Source: Candidatus Paceibacter sp.
Lineage (GTDB): Bacteria > Patescibacteriota > Minisyncoccia > Phycocordibacterales > BOKC01
Assembly (NCBI GenBank): GCA_020724885.1
Contig: DYGD01000003.1
Span: 3,103 to 67,102 of the forward strand
Direction of reading: 5' to 3'
DNA: 64,000 nucleotides
Part shown: piece by piece, positions 52,741-61,523 of the stretch
How positions within the stretch are numbered: the first letter of the stretch is position 1
How the letters are laid out: every line of letters begins with the position of its first letter
Position numbers and translations under genes: made by a program
The notes under the pieces: model-generated
What the model saw: only the letters and a program-made list of their open reading frames with translations
The model's database searches: none
Told to the model about the DNA's origin: nothing

Positions 52741-53295
52741 ATGCCATTACATTTCGCAGCTAAATTAAAAAAATTTTGGCAGAAACTAATTTTTTATTGC
52801 GCCAGTAATTTTGGTTGGCAGGCGGGATGGAAAAATAAACCGCGATGCCGTAATGGACGTGGGGATAAAGGTTTTTCCATTGTTGAAATTGTTGTGGTCT
52901 TGGGGATTTTAACCTTCTTTTTAGCCGGCGGGATTTTTGTTAGTTTTGGCTCATTGCGAGGCCAGAATTTTTTATCGGAAGAAAAAATGTTAGTGGATCT
53001 TTTGTGGTTGGCTCGCAATCGGTCTTTGAATAATTTTGGAAGCAGTTCTCACGGAGTTTTTATTGATGAGGATAATTTTATTTTGTTTCAGGGCGAAGGA
53101 TTTTCTTATGCTGAAAAATCGGAAGAATTTGCTAGAGACAGAAGTGTGGAAATAAAGACCGACACCGGCGAAAATCAAATTGAAATTATTTTTCAGAAAT
53201 TGACCGGTCAGGTTCTTGACCCAAAAGCCCTGACTATGTCTGATGGCGCCAGGGAAATTTTGATCTCGGTAGGGGCGGAAGGTAGAGTTAATTAG
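52741..53295 (+). CDS. prepilin-type pseudopilin
   Basis: DKG|FSIVEIVVVLGILTFFLAGGIF class III signal; true start probably downstream of the annotated ATG (long leader). Confidence 0.55.
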   Translation: MPLHFAAKLKKFWQKLIFYCASNFGWQAGWKNKPRCRNGRGDKGFSIVEIVVVLGILTFFLAGGIFVSFGSLRGQNFLSEEKMLVDLLWLARNRSLNNFGSSSHGVFIDEDNFILFQGEGFSYAEKSEEFARDRSVEIKTDTGENQIEIIFQKLTGQVLDPKALTMSDGAREILISVGAEGRVN

Positions 53296-53303
53296 CCACC
53301 TTA

Positions 53304-54704
53304 ATGTCAAAGGTTAACAGCCGAATTTTAAATGTTGAAAGAGGTTTCAGCACCGTTGAAATTTTGGTCGCGCTTTTTGTTTTTTCAACCCTGACAGCTT
53401 CGGCTTTTATGTTTTCTTACGGCAGTCAATTTTCAATCACTAAAGCAAAAATTTACCAAGAGCTCTTGGCGCAGGCCCAAGAAGCCACGGAGGACAACAA
53501 GGCCGTTGTCTATAAAGATGTTTCTGGTTTTGAAGTTGAAAGAGATGATGTGAAAATAAATTCGGAGGTTTCTCTGCTTTATGATTTTTCCAAAAAGATA
53601 AAAACCCGCGTCTTTTCGCTGGTTGACAAAAATTTGCGTCCGGTGGAATTGCCACTTTTAATCTCCAATTGGTCAGAGAGTATTGGCGCAAGCACCTGCT
53701 TTAGAACATTACCTCCAGCCGAGAGTTATTCAAAGTTTGGAGAACTAGATTTACAAATAGATTATGCGCCTAAAGATATAGATGTTGTTCGCGGCAAAGC
53801 GTATATAACCGCTAATGGCACGACGGGCAGTGATAATTTTTTTATTGCTGATGTCTCTGATAAAAATTCGCCTATTCTACTTTCCGAGATTTCTACTAAA
53901 AATACTGGCAACGAAAAACTTCATGTGGTTGCCGGTTATGCTTTTGTTGCTAATGACTCAAAAACATCGCAACTGCAAGTAATTAATCTCGCCGATTTTA
54001 ATACTACAAATTTTAGAATTATTTCAGACGACCCGGAAATACCAAATCCGGGACAAGGAATTAGTGTTCTCCACAACAAAAACAAAATTTATCTGGGAAC
54101 AGCGGCCGGAGCAGAATCTGGGCCCGAGTTTCATATTGTGAATGTGGTAAACCCCGCTGCTCCTTTTCTGGAAAATTCTTGGGATATAGGAAATAGAGTA
54201 AATGATATTGTGGTTGAAAATAATTTTGCTTTTTTAGCTTCCGTTAATCCCTATCCGTTGAGGGTGGTTGATATTGGCAACTCGCAATCAGAACCCCTGA
54301 AAATTTTTGTTGAATCTTCAGATAACGAAAGCCAAGCTGGTCAAAATTTATTTCTTCTGGATAATTTTTTAGCTTTGGGACGTTCGGTTTTTAGTCGTCA
54401 TCCTGATTATCACGAGTTTTTAATTTTTGATATGAAACAACCGACCAGTCCGGAAATTATTGACAGCTTTCATCTTGGTCAAAGTGTCAGAGGTTTAGTT
54501 TTTAGAGAAAACTTAATTGTTCTGGCTACTACTTGGGGTAGTAAAAATGAGATCAGTTTTTTTGATTTTGACGGCATTACTTTGACCGAAAATTCTCATA
54601 AAATTGGATTACCGGGAAAACCCACCGCCTTGGATTGTGAAAACGATGTCTTGTATGTTGTCACCGAGGCGCCAAGCAAATTGTTAATTATTGCACCAAA
54701 ATAG
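53304..54704 (+). CDS. large prepilin-type protein (466 aa) with beta-rich C-terminal domain
   Basis: ERG|FSTVEILVALFVFSTLTASAF class III signal; long C-terminal region with repeated aromatic/Gly segments. Confidence 0.55.
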   Translation: MSKVNSRILNVERGFSTVEILVALFVFSTLTASAFMFSYGSQFSITKAKIYQELLAQAQEATEDNKAVVYKDVSGFEVERDDVKINSEVSLLYDFSKKIKTRVFSLVDKNLRPVELPLLISNWSESIGASTCFRTLPPAESYSKFGELDLQIDYAPKDIDVVRGKAYITANGTTGSDNFFIADVSDKNSPILLSEISTKNTGNEKLHVVAGYAFVANDSKTSQLQVINLADFNTTNFRIISDDPEIPNPGQGISVLHNKNKIYLGTAAGAESGPEFHIVNVVNPAAPFLENSWDIGNRVNDIVVENNFAFLASVNPYPLRVVDIGNSQSEPLKIFVESSDNESQAGQNLFLLDNFLALGRSVFSRHPDYHEFLIFDMKQPTSPEIIDSFHLGQSVRGLVFRENLIVLATTWGSKNEISFFDFDGITLTENSHKIGLPGKPTALDCENDVLYVVTEAPSKLLIIAPK

Positions 54705-54707
54705 TTC

Positions 54708-55310
54708 GTGAAACTGAAAGCCAGACAGCGAGTTTTCAATATCAATTTGGCAAACATTGTCGCGGGTTATCAAATGTCCTCAAATTTAATTGAAATGCTA
54801 AAAATCAAAGATCAAACACTCGCTTCACGTCGCGCCAGAGATTTTGTTCCGGATCTAAACTCTCCCAAGGGCTTTCTTTTGGTTGAAGTTGTTTTGTATA
54901 TTGCTCTCTTTTCAATCATTGTTGTCGGGGCGACAGTCGGTTTATACAACCTTTCTTCTGCCAACCGAGGTTTGGAATATCAGACGGCGCTTATCAATGA
55001 AACGGAATTTATTTTAAAAAAAATCGATCTGGTCTTATCTGACGTTTCTCAAATTTTTGAAGTCGGGGAAACCCTGGTTGTTTCTAATAGTGCTGGCGAA
55101 ACTCTAAGAATTGGATTAGAAGATGGAACGGTTTTTCTCCAATCTTTCTCTGAAAAACATTTTTTAAACGGCGATGTAATATGGGTGGAGGAGTTGGAAT
55201 TTGAAAAAGCCGATATCGGTTTGTCTGACAGATTTTTTGTAAAGATTTCTCTGGAGGCCGGCGGAGAAAAATTTAGCACGTCGCGCCTAGGTTATTTTAA
55301 TGAAAAATAA
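54708..55310 (+). CDS. prepilin-type pseudopilin
   Basis: SPKG|FLLVEVVLYIALFSIIVVG class III signal; the real start may be the internal ATG at 54774 or 54795. Confidence 0.5.
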   Translation: MKLKARQRVFNINLANIVAGYQMSSNLIEMLKIKDQTLASRRARDFVPDLNSPKGFLLVEVVLYIALFSIIVVGATVGLYNLSSANRGLEYQTALINETEFILKKIDLVLSDVSQIFEVGETLVVSNSAGETLRIGLEDGTVFLQSFSEKHFLNGDVIWVEELEFEKADIGLSDRFFVKISLEAGGEKFSTSRLGYFNEK

Positions 55311-55722
55311 AATTTATTTTGGAAAATGTGCTGAAGGGTATGTTGCTCTCATGGCGGTGCTCATAATTTCTTTAGTGACTTTGATGGCGGCTTCGGCAAC
55401 TTCTTTTGGTGGTTTTGGCGGGTTGTCGGCTGTTCTCAATAGAGAGAACAAAGAGATAAGTTTGAATTTGGCGTGGTCTTGTCTGGATCAGGCGATTTTG
55501 CGAACTGTCCAAAGTCCGAGCTGGCAGTTAAAAGATGAAGGCGAGAATGTTTTTATAGACAGTTGGTCGTGTGAAATTGTCAGTATTGAAAAAGAGGAAG
55601 ATCAGTTTTTGATAAAGACATTTTCTGAAGTTGGCCGAGCCGCAACTCAGCTTGAGACGAGAGTGGAAATAAAGACAGATGGCGGTCTACAAGTGAAGAT
55701 TTTTTCCGTCAGGGAAATTTAA
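55300..55722 (+). CDS. prepilin-like minor pilin (140 aa)
   Basis: AEG|YVALMAVLIISLVTLMAAS hydrophobic N-terminal helix after Gly; last gene of the pilus operon. Confidence 0.4.
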   Translation: MKNKIYFGKCAEGYVALMAVLIISLVTLMAASATSFGGFGGLSAVLNRENKEISLNLAWSCLDQAILRTVQSPSWQLKDEGENVFIDSWSCEIVSIEKEEDQFLIKTFSEVGRAATQLETRVEIKTDGGLQVKIFSVREI

Positions 55723-56415
55723 AAGCAACACAGAAGACACGGCGATGGCGGCGGTTTCGGCGCGGAGGATTTGTTCGCCTAACGAAACAATCGGAATTTT
55801 ATTTTTTTCAAACACCTTTATTTCATTTTCAGTCCAACCACCTTCGGGACCCACCAAAATTCCGATTTTTTTAGCCCCAAAATTTTCTGAAGAAAATTTT
55901 GGGGCATCGGGTTCAAGCGCAAGATAAACCCTTCCCTCTTCCCGACTTGCCAAGAAATCTGCGAGTTTGGCGAGGTCAAAAATTTCAGGCACGACAGCTT
56001 TGCCTGACTGCTCGGCCGCTTCAATTATAATTTTTCTGCTTCTTTCCAAGTTTAATTTTAACTTTATGCTTCGCTCGGAGATGACCGGTATGATTTTTGA
56101 GACACCAAGCTCGGTGGCTTTTTCCAGAACCAACTCAAAGCCCTCTCTTTTTATAATTGACGGAATGAGATGCAAATCGGTTTTTGGTTTGAATAAAACC
56201 GGATGCTCTTCAATAAAAGAAATTTCGACACCCTTGTCCGAGATGTTTTTAATGAGACATAGAAATTCACTGCCGTTGCCGTCAAAAAGGATAACCTTGT
56301 CGCCCGCTTTGAATCGCAGAACCTTTCTCCATTGGTTTAGCAGGGTCTTATCCGAAACGATCAATCTTTCGCCGGTATTGATTTTTTGATTTATAAAAAA
56401 ACGATGAAAACGCAT
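55687..56415 (-). CDS. rsmE: 16S rRNA (uracil1498-N3)-methyltransferase RsmE
   Basis: MRFHRFFINQKI...; C-terminal SPOUT knot motif GPEGGWTENEI...LGEQILRAETAAI; start at ATG 56415. Confidence 0.8.
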   Translation of the reverse strand: MRFHRFFINQKINTGERLIVSDKTLLNQWRKVLRFKAGDKVILFDGNGSEFLCLIKNISDKGVEISFIEEHPVLFKPKTDLHLIPSIIKREGFELVLEKATELGVSKIIPVISERSIKLKLNLERSRKIIIEAAEQSGKAVVPEIFDLAKLADFLASREEGRVYLALEPDAPKFSSENFGAKKIGILVGPEGGWTENEIKVFEKNKIPIVSLGEQILRAETAAIAVSSVLLLNFPDGKNLHL

Positions 56416-56470
56416 TTTTAATTTCAAATTTAGAATTTCAAATTTCAAATTTGCAATCTAAAATCTGCAA
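56416..56470. repeat. short AT-rich tandem repeats (ATTTCAA / AATCTGCAATTT) in the divergent rsmE-clpP promoter region
   Basis: aatttcaaatttagaatttcaaatttcaaatttgcaatctaaaatctgcaatttatgatttgc. Confidence 0.4.
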
Positions 56471-56544
56471 TTTATGATTTGCTAACTTAACTACACTTTG
56501 ATAACATGTTCCATTATAAAAGCAAAAGAAATAAGTAAAGTAAA

Positions 56545-57129
56545 ATGCTTATTCCAACAGTCATAGAAAAGTCCCAATTCGGTGAACGGGCTTACGATAT
56601 CTACTCTCGTTTGCTAAAAGAAAGGATTATTTTTCTGGGCGGGCCGATTGACGACCACATCGCCAATTTGGTTATTGCCCAGCTTTTGTTTTTAGAATCG
56701 GAGGACTCAAAAAAAGACGTTTCTTTATACATCAATTCTCCCGGTGGTTCGGTCACGGCGACTTTGGCGATGCTAGACACTATGAATCACATAAAACCTG
56801 ATGTTTCCACCGTTTGTGTCGGCATTGCCGCTTCCGGCGCCGCCATCCTTTTGGCTGCCGGCGAAAAAGGTAAACGCTTTGCCCTGCCAAATGCCGAAGT
56901 GATGGTGCACCAGCCGTGGGGTGGAGTGCAAGGCCAAGCCACCGACATTGAAATTACTGCCAAGCATATTTTGCAAACTCGCGACAAGCTCAACAAAATT
57001 TTAGCCGAACATACCAGTCAATCTTTGGAAAAAATAGAAAAAGACGTAGACAGGGATTTCTTTATGTCGGCCGAAGAAGCCAAAAAGTACGGCATCATAG
57101 ACAAGATCCACCAACCTAGAAATTCTTAA
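56545..57129 (+). CDS. clpP: ATP-dependent Clp protease proteolytic subunit
   Basis: 194 aa; catalytic triad context GGSVTA...MVHQP...; typical ClpP length. Confidence 0.9.
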   Translation: MLIPTVIEKSQFGERAYDIYSRLLKERIIFLGGPIDDHIANLVIAQLLFLESEDSKKDVSLYINSPGGSVTATLAMLDTMNHIKPDVSTVCVGIAASGAAILLAAGEKGKRFALPNAEVMVHQPWGGVQGQATDIEITAKHILQTRDKLNKILAEHTSQSLEKIEKDVDRDFFMSAEEAKKYGIIDKIHQPRNS

Positions 57130-57150
57130 TCACTTTTCCACGCTATAATC

Positions 57151-57178
57151 TTGACTAAAGTCCGGTTTCAGCTATACT
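57151..57178 (+). promoter_or_regulatory. sigma70-like promoter TTGACT-16-TATACT for the downstream structured RNA
   Basis: TTGACT 57151-57156, TATACT 57173-57178. Confidence 0.5.
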
Positions 57179-57184
57179 TGAATA

Positions 57185-57525
57185 AGGTATAAACAGACGA
57201 CACGTTACTACCGGCACTTCGCTTTCTGAAAAAGGCCTGATTCCCCACAGGATGGGGTTCGGGCTCTGGTCTAACGACCGAGGCGAGGGAATGGGAAACC
57301 GTGTCTGCTGTAGGGGTTACTCTCGCGCGAAGAGTACGCGCGAAAGCGAGAGTAAAAAACAGGGTGGTTGGTACCGTCCGTAACATATCGGACAAAAGGA
57401 CTTCGTCTGTAATTTGTGCAGACAGACGGTAGGAGGAAACCATACTCCCTCCACCCTGCCCCACGACCCGCTCGTTGCATTGATCCTCACCGACCAGGGG
57501 ATCATCTTGCGCGAGCGGGTTTTTT
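57185..57525 (+). ncRNA. ~340-nt structured RNA, candidate RNase P RNA (rnpB), divergent/reduced
   Basis: G+C-rich, no ORF; own promoter and Rho-independent terminator (CCCGCTCG...CGAGCGGG + TTTTTT at 57468-57525). By-eye resemblances to bacterial RNase P RNA: GGUC-UAAC-GACC hairpin (P8-like), GGGAAACC (P9-like), AGGGUG (P10/11 region), GUCCG-UAACAUAU-CGGAC hairpin (P13-like), ACAGACGGUAGG near the 3' end that can pair with CUACCG near the 5' end (P4-like). rnpA is present in the window. Confidence 0.45.
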
Positions 57526-57791
57526 CATTTGAATTACCCTAGCGCCTAGCGCCTGTTTACCCCGTCTGGACTTTTTAGAAAACCTGGAGTAATATGGGAT
57601 GGTACTTTTAATTGTTAATTTTATGATTTCGCTTCTTTTTAGTTTTTCTGTTGATTCTGCTGATTTTTTGCCGATTATGCCTAAAAACAACTTATTTCCG
57701 CCGAGGATATATTTACCAATCCCATTTTAAGGACTTCTGGTTGTTGTCTGAAGATAGGAAATTCTAGAAAAAAGCGAGTTCATTCGCTTTT

Positions 57792-59321
57792 ATGTCGTTA
57801 AAATTAGTTTTACTTTTGCTGATTGCCGCCGGTTTGGTCGGTACGGCTTTTGGCTATTTCTTGCGCTGGATAATTTCTTTGGGCAAGAAGGGTTCGGTTG
57901 AACTGGAAATAAAGCAGAGGATTTTTGAGGCCAACAGCGAAGCCAAAAAGATTGTTTCTGAAGCGGAAGAAAAAGCCAGAGAAACTCTTGAGGAGGTCAA
58001 GCGTGAGGTTAAAGAACGAGAGGCGGGGATCAAGAAGCAAGAAGAGCGCCTGATTAAGAAAGAGGAATTTTTGGATAATCGGCAGATGGATCTTGATAAG
58101 GAAGCCGAAAACCTGAAGGAGAAGGTTGCTGAAGTCAGGGCGATAAAAGACAAGACCGAAGATTTACAAAAGCAAAAGCAATCTGAATTAGAAAAACTGA
58201 GCCAGTTATCAAAAGATGAGGCTCGCGCCGAGCTTTTTGCCGCAGTGGAAAAAGAGAGTGAAGAGGACTTGGTTGTTAGAATGCAGAAACTTGAATTGCA
58301 AGCCAGCGAGCGCTTGGAAAGAAAAGCCAAAGATATTCTCGCCACAACTATTCAGCGTCTGGCGACATCCGTCTCTTCAGATATCATGACGACAAATGTT
58401 GCCATTCCATCGGGCGAGGTAAAGGGCAAAGTTATAGGCAAAGAAGGTCGCAATATTAAGGCCTTTGAAAGAGCTACGGGCGTGGAAGTTATTATAGACG
58501 ATACCCCCGGTTCTATAACCCTGTCTTCTTTTGATCCGATTAGGCGTCAGGTCGCCAGAGTGGCTCTGGAGAATCTGATTTTGGACGGTCGAATTCAGCC
58601 GGCTAAGATTGAGGAAATGGTGTCTAAAGCCAAAGAAGAAGTCGGCAAAATTATCAAAGAAAAGGGAGAGCAGGCGGCTTATGAGTGCGGTGTGCTAAAC
58701 CTTGACCCCAGAATTGTAATGATTTTGGGTCGCCTTCATTTTCGGACCAGTTATGGCCAGAACGTGCTCCAACATTCAATTGAAATGGCTCATATCGCCG
58801 GAATGCTTGCCGAAGAGCTTGATGCCGATATTGCCGTAGCTAAGGCCGGCGCCCTGCTCCACGACATCGGCAAAGCCCTTGATCATGAAGTGGTTGGTAG
58901 TCATGTTGAAATTGGGCGCAGAATTCTTCAGAAATTTGGCGCTAGCGAGGAAATCATAAAAGCTATGCAGGCCCACCATGAAGAATATCCATACGAAACC
59001 ATTGAATCAATCATTGTTCAGGTGGCTGATTCAATTTCGGGTGGCAGACCCGGCGCGAGACGCGATACGGTGGAGAATTATCTTAAAAGATTAGGCGAGT
59101 TGGAGGCGATTGCCAATTCTTTTGAAGGTGTTGAAAAATCTTATGCTCTGCAAGCCGGTCGAGAGATCAGAATTTTCGTTACCCCGGAAGCGATTTCTGA
59201 TCTTGATGCTCAAAAAATAGCCAGAGACATTGCGATGAGAATAGAAAATGAGCTGAAATACCCCGGCGAGATAAAAGTCAATGTGATTCGGGAGACAAGG
59301 GTGGTGGAATATGCCCGGTAA
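57792..59321 (+). CDS. rny: ribonuclease Y
   Basis: 509 aa; N-terminal TM, coiled coil, KH domain (GKVIGKEGRNIKAFE), HD domain (HSIEMAHIAGMLAEEL...HDIGKA). Confidence 0.9.
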   Translation: MSLKLVLLLLIAAGLVGTAFGYFLRWIISLGKKGSVELEIKQRIFEANSEAKKIVSEAEEKARETLEEVKREVKEREAGIKKQEERLIKKEEFLDNRQMDLDKEAENLKEKVAEVRAIKDKTEDLQKQKQSELEKLSQLSKDEARAELFAAVEKESEEDLVVRMQKLELQASERLERKAKDILATTIQRLATSVSSDIMTTNVAIPSGEVKGKVIGKEGRNIKAFERATGVEVIIDDTPGSITLSSFDPIRRQVARVALENLILDGRIQPAKIEEMVSKAKEEVGKIIKEKGEQAAYECGVLNLDPRIVMILGRLHFRTSYGQNVLQHSIEMAHIAGMLAEELDADIAVAKAGALLHDIGKALDHEVVGSHVEIGRRILQKFGASEEIIKAMQAHHEEYPYETIESIIVQVADSISGGRPGARRDTVENYLKRLGELEAIANSFEGVEKSYALQAGREIRIFVTPEAISDLDAQKIARDIAMRIENELKYPGEIKVNVIRETRVVEYAR

Positions 59322-59449
59322 AACCTTGCCTTGCCTAAAAAATCGCTTGAGATATAATGTTTTTAGCTATAAAGCATATAAAGCTTTGTGGAACGAGGAA
59401 AAGTCGAAGTTCCTTTGGTCCGGATTATAAGCAATTTCAAAATATTATT

Positions 59450-59722
59450 ATGAATAAAGCATCAATTGTTGAGGCGGTACACGCCAAGATCGGTGGCACC
59501 AAAGTTCAAGCCGAACAGGCAGTGGACACTGTGGTTGATTCAATAATCAACTCTTTGAAGCAGGGCAATGAGGTTTCTATTGCCGGCTTGGGAATTTTTT
59601 CGGTTAAAACCAGAGCGGCCCGAACCGCCAGAAACCCTCGCACTGGCGAGTCCATTCAAGTGCCCTCTATGAAAGTGCCTAAGTTTAGAGCCGCTAAAGG
59701 TCTCAAAGACGCGGTGAAATAG
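59450..59722 (+). CDS. hup: DNA-binding protein HU
   Basis: 90 aa from ATG 59450: MNKASIVEAVHAKIGGTKVQAEQAVDTVVDSI...ARTARNPRTGESIQVP. Confidence 0.85.
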   Translation: MNKASIVEAVHAKIGGTKVQAEQAVDTVVDSIINSLKQGNEVSIAGLGIFSVKTRAARTARNPRTGESIQVPSMKVPKFRAAKGLKDAVK

Positions 59723-59795
59723 ATCTCTTCAAAAACTAAAACTTTCTTAAGTAAAATACCGCCGGCCAAATGGTCGGTGGTATTTTACTTAAGGA

Positions 59796-59813
59796 TGTGG
59801 GATGGGAGAATCG
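59796..59813 (-). repeat. 18-nt direct repeat of the tRNA-Gly(TCC) 3' end (17/18 identical), 197 bp from the intact gene
   Basis: tgtgggatgggagaatcg vs tgcgggatgggagaatcg at 59993-60010; intervening 180 bp includes a G+C-rich stretch (59830-59940). Confidence 0.5.
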
Positions 59814-59992
59814 GTCAGCTTCGTCGGATTTTTTACTTCGCTCTGCTCGCAAAAAATCTCGACTACCCGACCCGCGCTTGGCGGCTCGCCGCTCGCAATG
59901 CTCGCGTCGGCTTCGCGCCGCCTCGGTTCAATTCTCCCTTTCCCTATAAAAATATACTCCGTAAATAATTCTTATTCACTCCGTTATTTTTT

Positions 59993-60063
59993 TGCGGGAT
60001 GGGAGAATCGAACTCCCAACCTCAGTTTGGAAAACTGATATTTTACCATTAAACTAATCCCGC
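59993..60063 (-). tRNA. tRNA-Gly (anticodon TCC)
   Basis: Acceptor GCGGGAT/ATCCCGC, anticodon stem TCAGT/ACTGA loop TTTCCAA, T-arm GGGAG-TTCGATT-CTCCC. Confidence 0.75.
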
Positions 60064-60103
60064 AACTCTTCATTGGAAGAGTTTACCAGTTTACAAGAAA
60101 TTT

Positions 60104-60133
60104 AAAAGCCCCGCGCGCAAGCGCGGGGCTTTT
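60104..60133. terminator. GC-rich hairpin AAAAGCCCCGCGCGC-aa-GCGCGGGGCTTTT
   Basis: Perfect stem with flanking A-run and T-run; 40 bp from the tRNA-Gly 5' end. Confidence 0.55.
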
Positions 60134-60353
60134 AAACTACATAGCAGTTTCTTCTTCGGTAGGGGTTTCAGGAGTAGGAGTGGTTTGCTCATCTCCTGTC
60201 GGAGTTGTTTGATCGTCCATTGTGATTTTCAGATTAACCCTGAGAAACCTGTTTCCTAAAAAAAATTAAGAAACAGACAAAGCAGAGCGCGCTGATAATT
60301 AAATCCGGCCAATTAAGCCAGATTTAAATCATTATACACTATTTTTTAAAAAG

Positions 60354-60659
60354 TCAAAGCTTTTTGGAAGAAATGTCTATAACTTTTTGGAAATCGTCTT
60401 TATCGCTCACCCCATTTCTTTTTTTAAATCGGCAGATTTCGCATTCGTGGACTAAAAAATATTTGCCGCTTTTTTTAAAGACAGATACTGGTCTCATCAT
60501 CCCACCGCACTCGGCTCTCCTATCTCCGGGGTTTATATCAACATGCCGGCTCCAAAGGCATTTTGGGCAATGATTGGTGTAGCCGTTTCCGCTTACACTA
60601 TGTCCACATTTTTTACAAACAAAATCCTCCTTATTTTTTTGAAATTTTCTCGCCCCCAT
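60354..60659 (-). CDS. RNHCP-domain zinc-ribbon protein (101 aa)
   Basis: From ATG 60659: FVCKKCGHSVSGNGYTNHCPKCLWSRH...ECGGMMRP...HECEICRF with the (R/T)NHCP motif and Cys pairs. Confidence 0.55.
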   Translation of the reverse strand: MGARKFQKNKEDFVCKKCGHSVSGNGYTNHCPKCLWSRHVDINPGDRRAECGGMMRPVSVFKKSGKYFLVHECEICRFKKRNGVSDKDDFQKVIDISSKKL

Positions 60660-60703
60660 ATTTGGCAAAAATATGCTAACATAGCAAGGCCTTGGAGAAA
60701 AAG

Positions 60704-60763
60704 CGGGGCGTAGTATATCGGCAGTATACATGGTTTGGGACCATGAGGTCCGAGCACGCCCCC
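60704..60763 (+). pseudogene. tRNA-Pro-like pseudo-copy (acceptor 5' strand, D-arm and anticodon arm intact; T-loop deleted)
   Basis: CGGGGCG-TA-GTAT-ATCGGCA-GTAT-A-CATGG-TTTGGGA-CCATG-AGGT-CCGAG then CACGCCCCC; a 45-nt block nearly identical to the true tRNA-Pro 98 bp downstream. Confidence 0.5.
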
Positions 60764-60798
60764 ACACCAATATTTGAAATAAAGTAAGTATGTTATTA

Positions 60799-60869
60799 CG
60801 GGATGTAGTATAGTGGTAGTATACATGGTTTGGGACCATGAGGTCCGAGTTCGATTCTCGGCATCCCGA
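60799..60869 (+). tRNA. tRNA-Pro (anticodon TGG)
   Basis: Acceptor CGGGATG/CATCCCG, anticodon stem CATGG/CCATG loop TTTGGGA (G37), T-arm CCGAG-TTCGATT-CTCGG. Confidence 0.75.
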
Positions 60870-60917
60870 AAAAATATATTGGTGTGAGATAAAATTCTCG
60901 GCGCTCTAATAGCCAAA

Positions 60918-61277
60918 TCACTCCGGCACCACATCTTCTATAATCTTAATTCTTGCTGTGCCGGATTCCGGATTTAACAAAATTGGTATGACCAAAAAAC
61001 GCCAATTTTTCCCTTCCAGGTTTTTTCTCAAGGTGTAAATTTGAATGGCGCGGGAGATTCTTTTTAACTTATAATGGTCTACCCTTTCTTCTGGCCGATT
61101 TTCTTTATCTACTTTGTCTAAACTGGTTTTAACTTCAACAAAATAAAATTCTTTGTCTTTTATGGCAATAATGTCCAACTCACCTACTTTCTTACTGAAA
61201 TTCCTTTCTACAATTTTAAACCCCCTTTTTACCAGATAAGCGGAGGCAATTTCTTCGCCCTTTTTTCCTATATTCAT
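60918..61277 (-). CDS. yraN: YraN/UPF0102-family endonuclease
   Basis: GEEIASAYLVKRGFKIVERNFSKKVGELDIIAIKDKEFYFVEVKTS matches the YraN core. Confidence 0.7.
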   Translation of the reverse strand: MNIGKKGEEIASAYLVKRGFKIVERNFSKKVGELDIIAIKDKEFYFVEVKTSLDKVDKENRPEERVDHYKLKRISRAIQIYTLRKNLEGKNWRFLVIPILLNPESGTARIKIIEDVVPE

Positions 61278-61368
61278 TATCTTTAAATTTCTAAAGAACC
61301 TTCGCCCTAAAGGTCAGTTTAGGGACTTTTTTAGGTAATTTGTCCTTTTAATTCACATTTCCACAGAG

Positions 61369-61390
61369 TTATCCACAGATTTGTGGATAT
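61369..61390. promoter_or_regulatory. inverted pair of DnaA boxes: TTATCCACA (perfect) - GATT - TGTGGATAT (8/9)
   Basis: TTATCCACAgattTGTGGATAT, 92 bp upstream of the yraN start, in an AT-rich spacer that also holds a stem-loop + T6 (61305-61332). Confidence 0.5.
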
Positions 61391-61523
61391 TTGTTATCAA
61401 AAAAGCGTTGAAAATCTGCCTTAAATTATGGCTTTTTAGTCAAAGTTTATTCAATTTTTCCGATCTTCGTGTTGCTATCAAAGTTCTTTAGGACACTTTA
61501 TGCGGGCACCCACACCTTTCATG

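Noticed and set aside
60145-60234. 29-aa acidic peptide ORF (MDDQTTPTGDEQTTPTPETPTEEETAM) upstream of the 60104-60133 hairpin
   Set aside because: No Shine-Dalgarno and too short to support; noted only as context in the tRNA hotspot.
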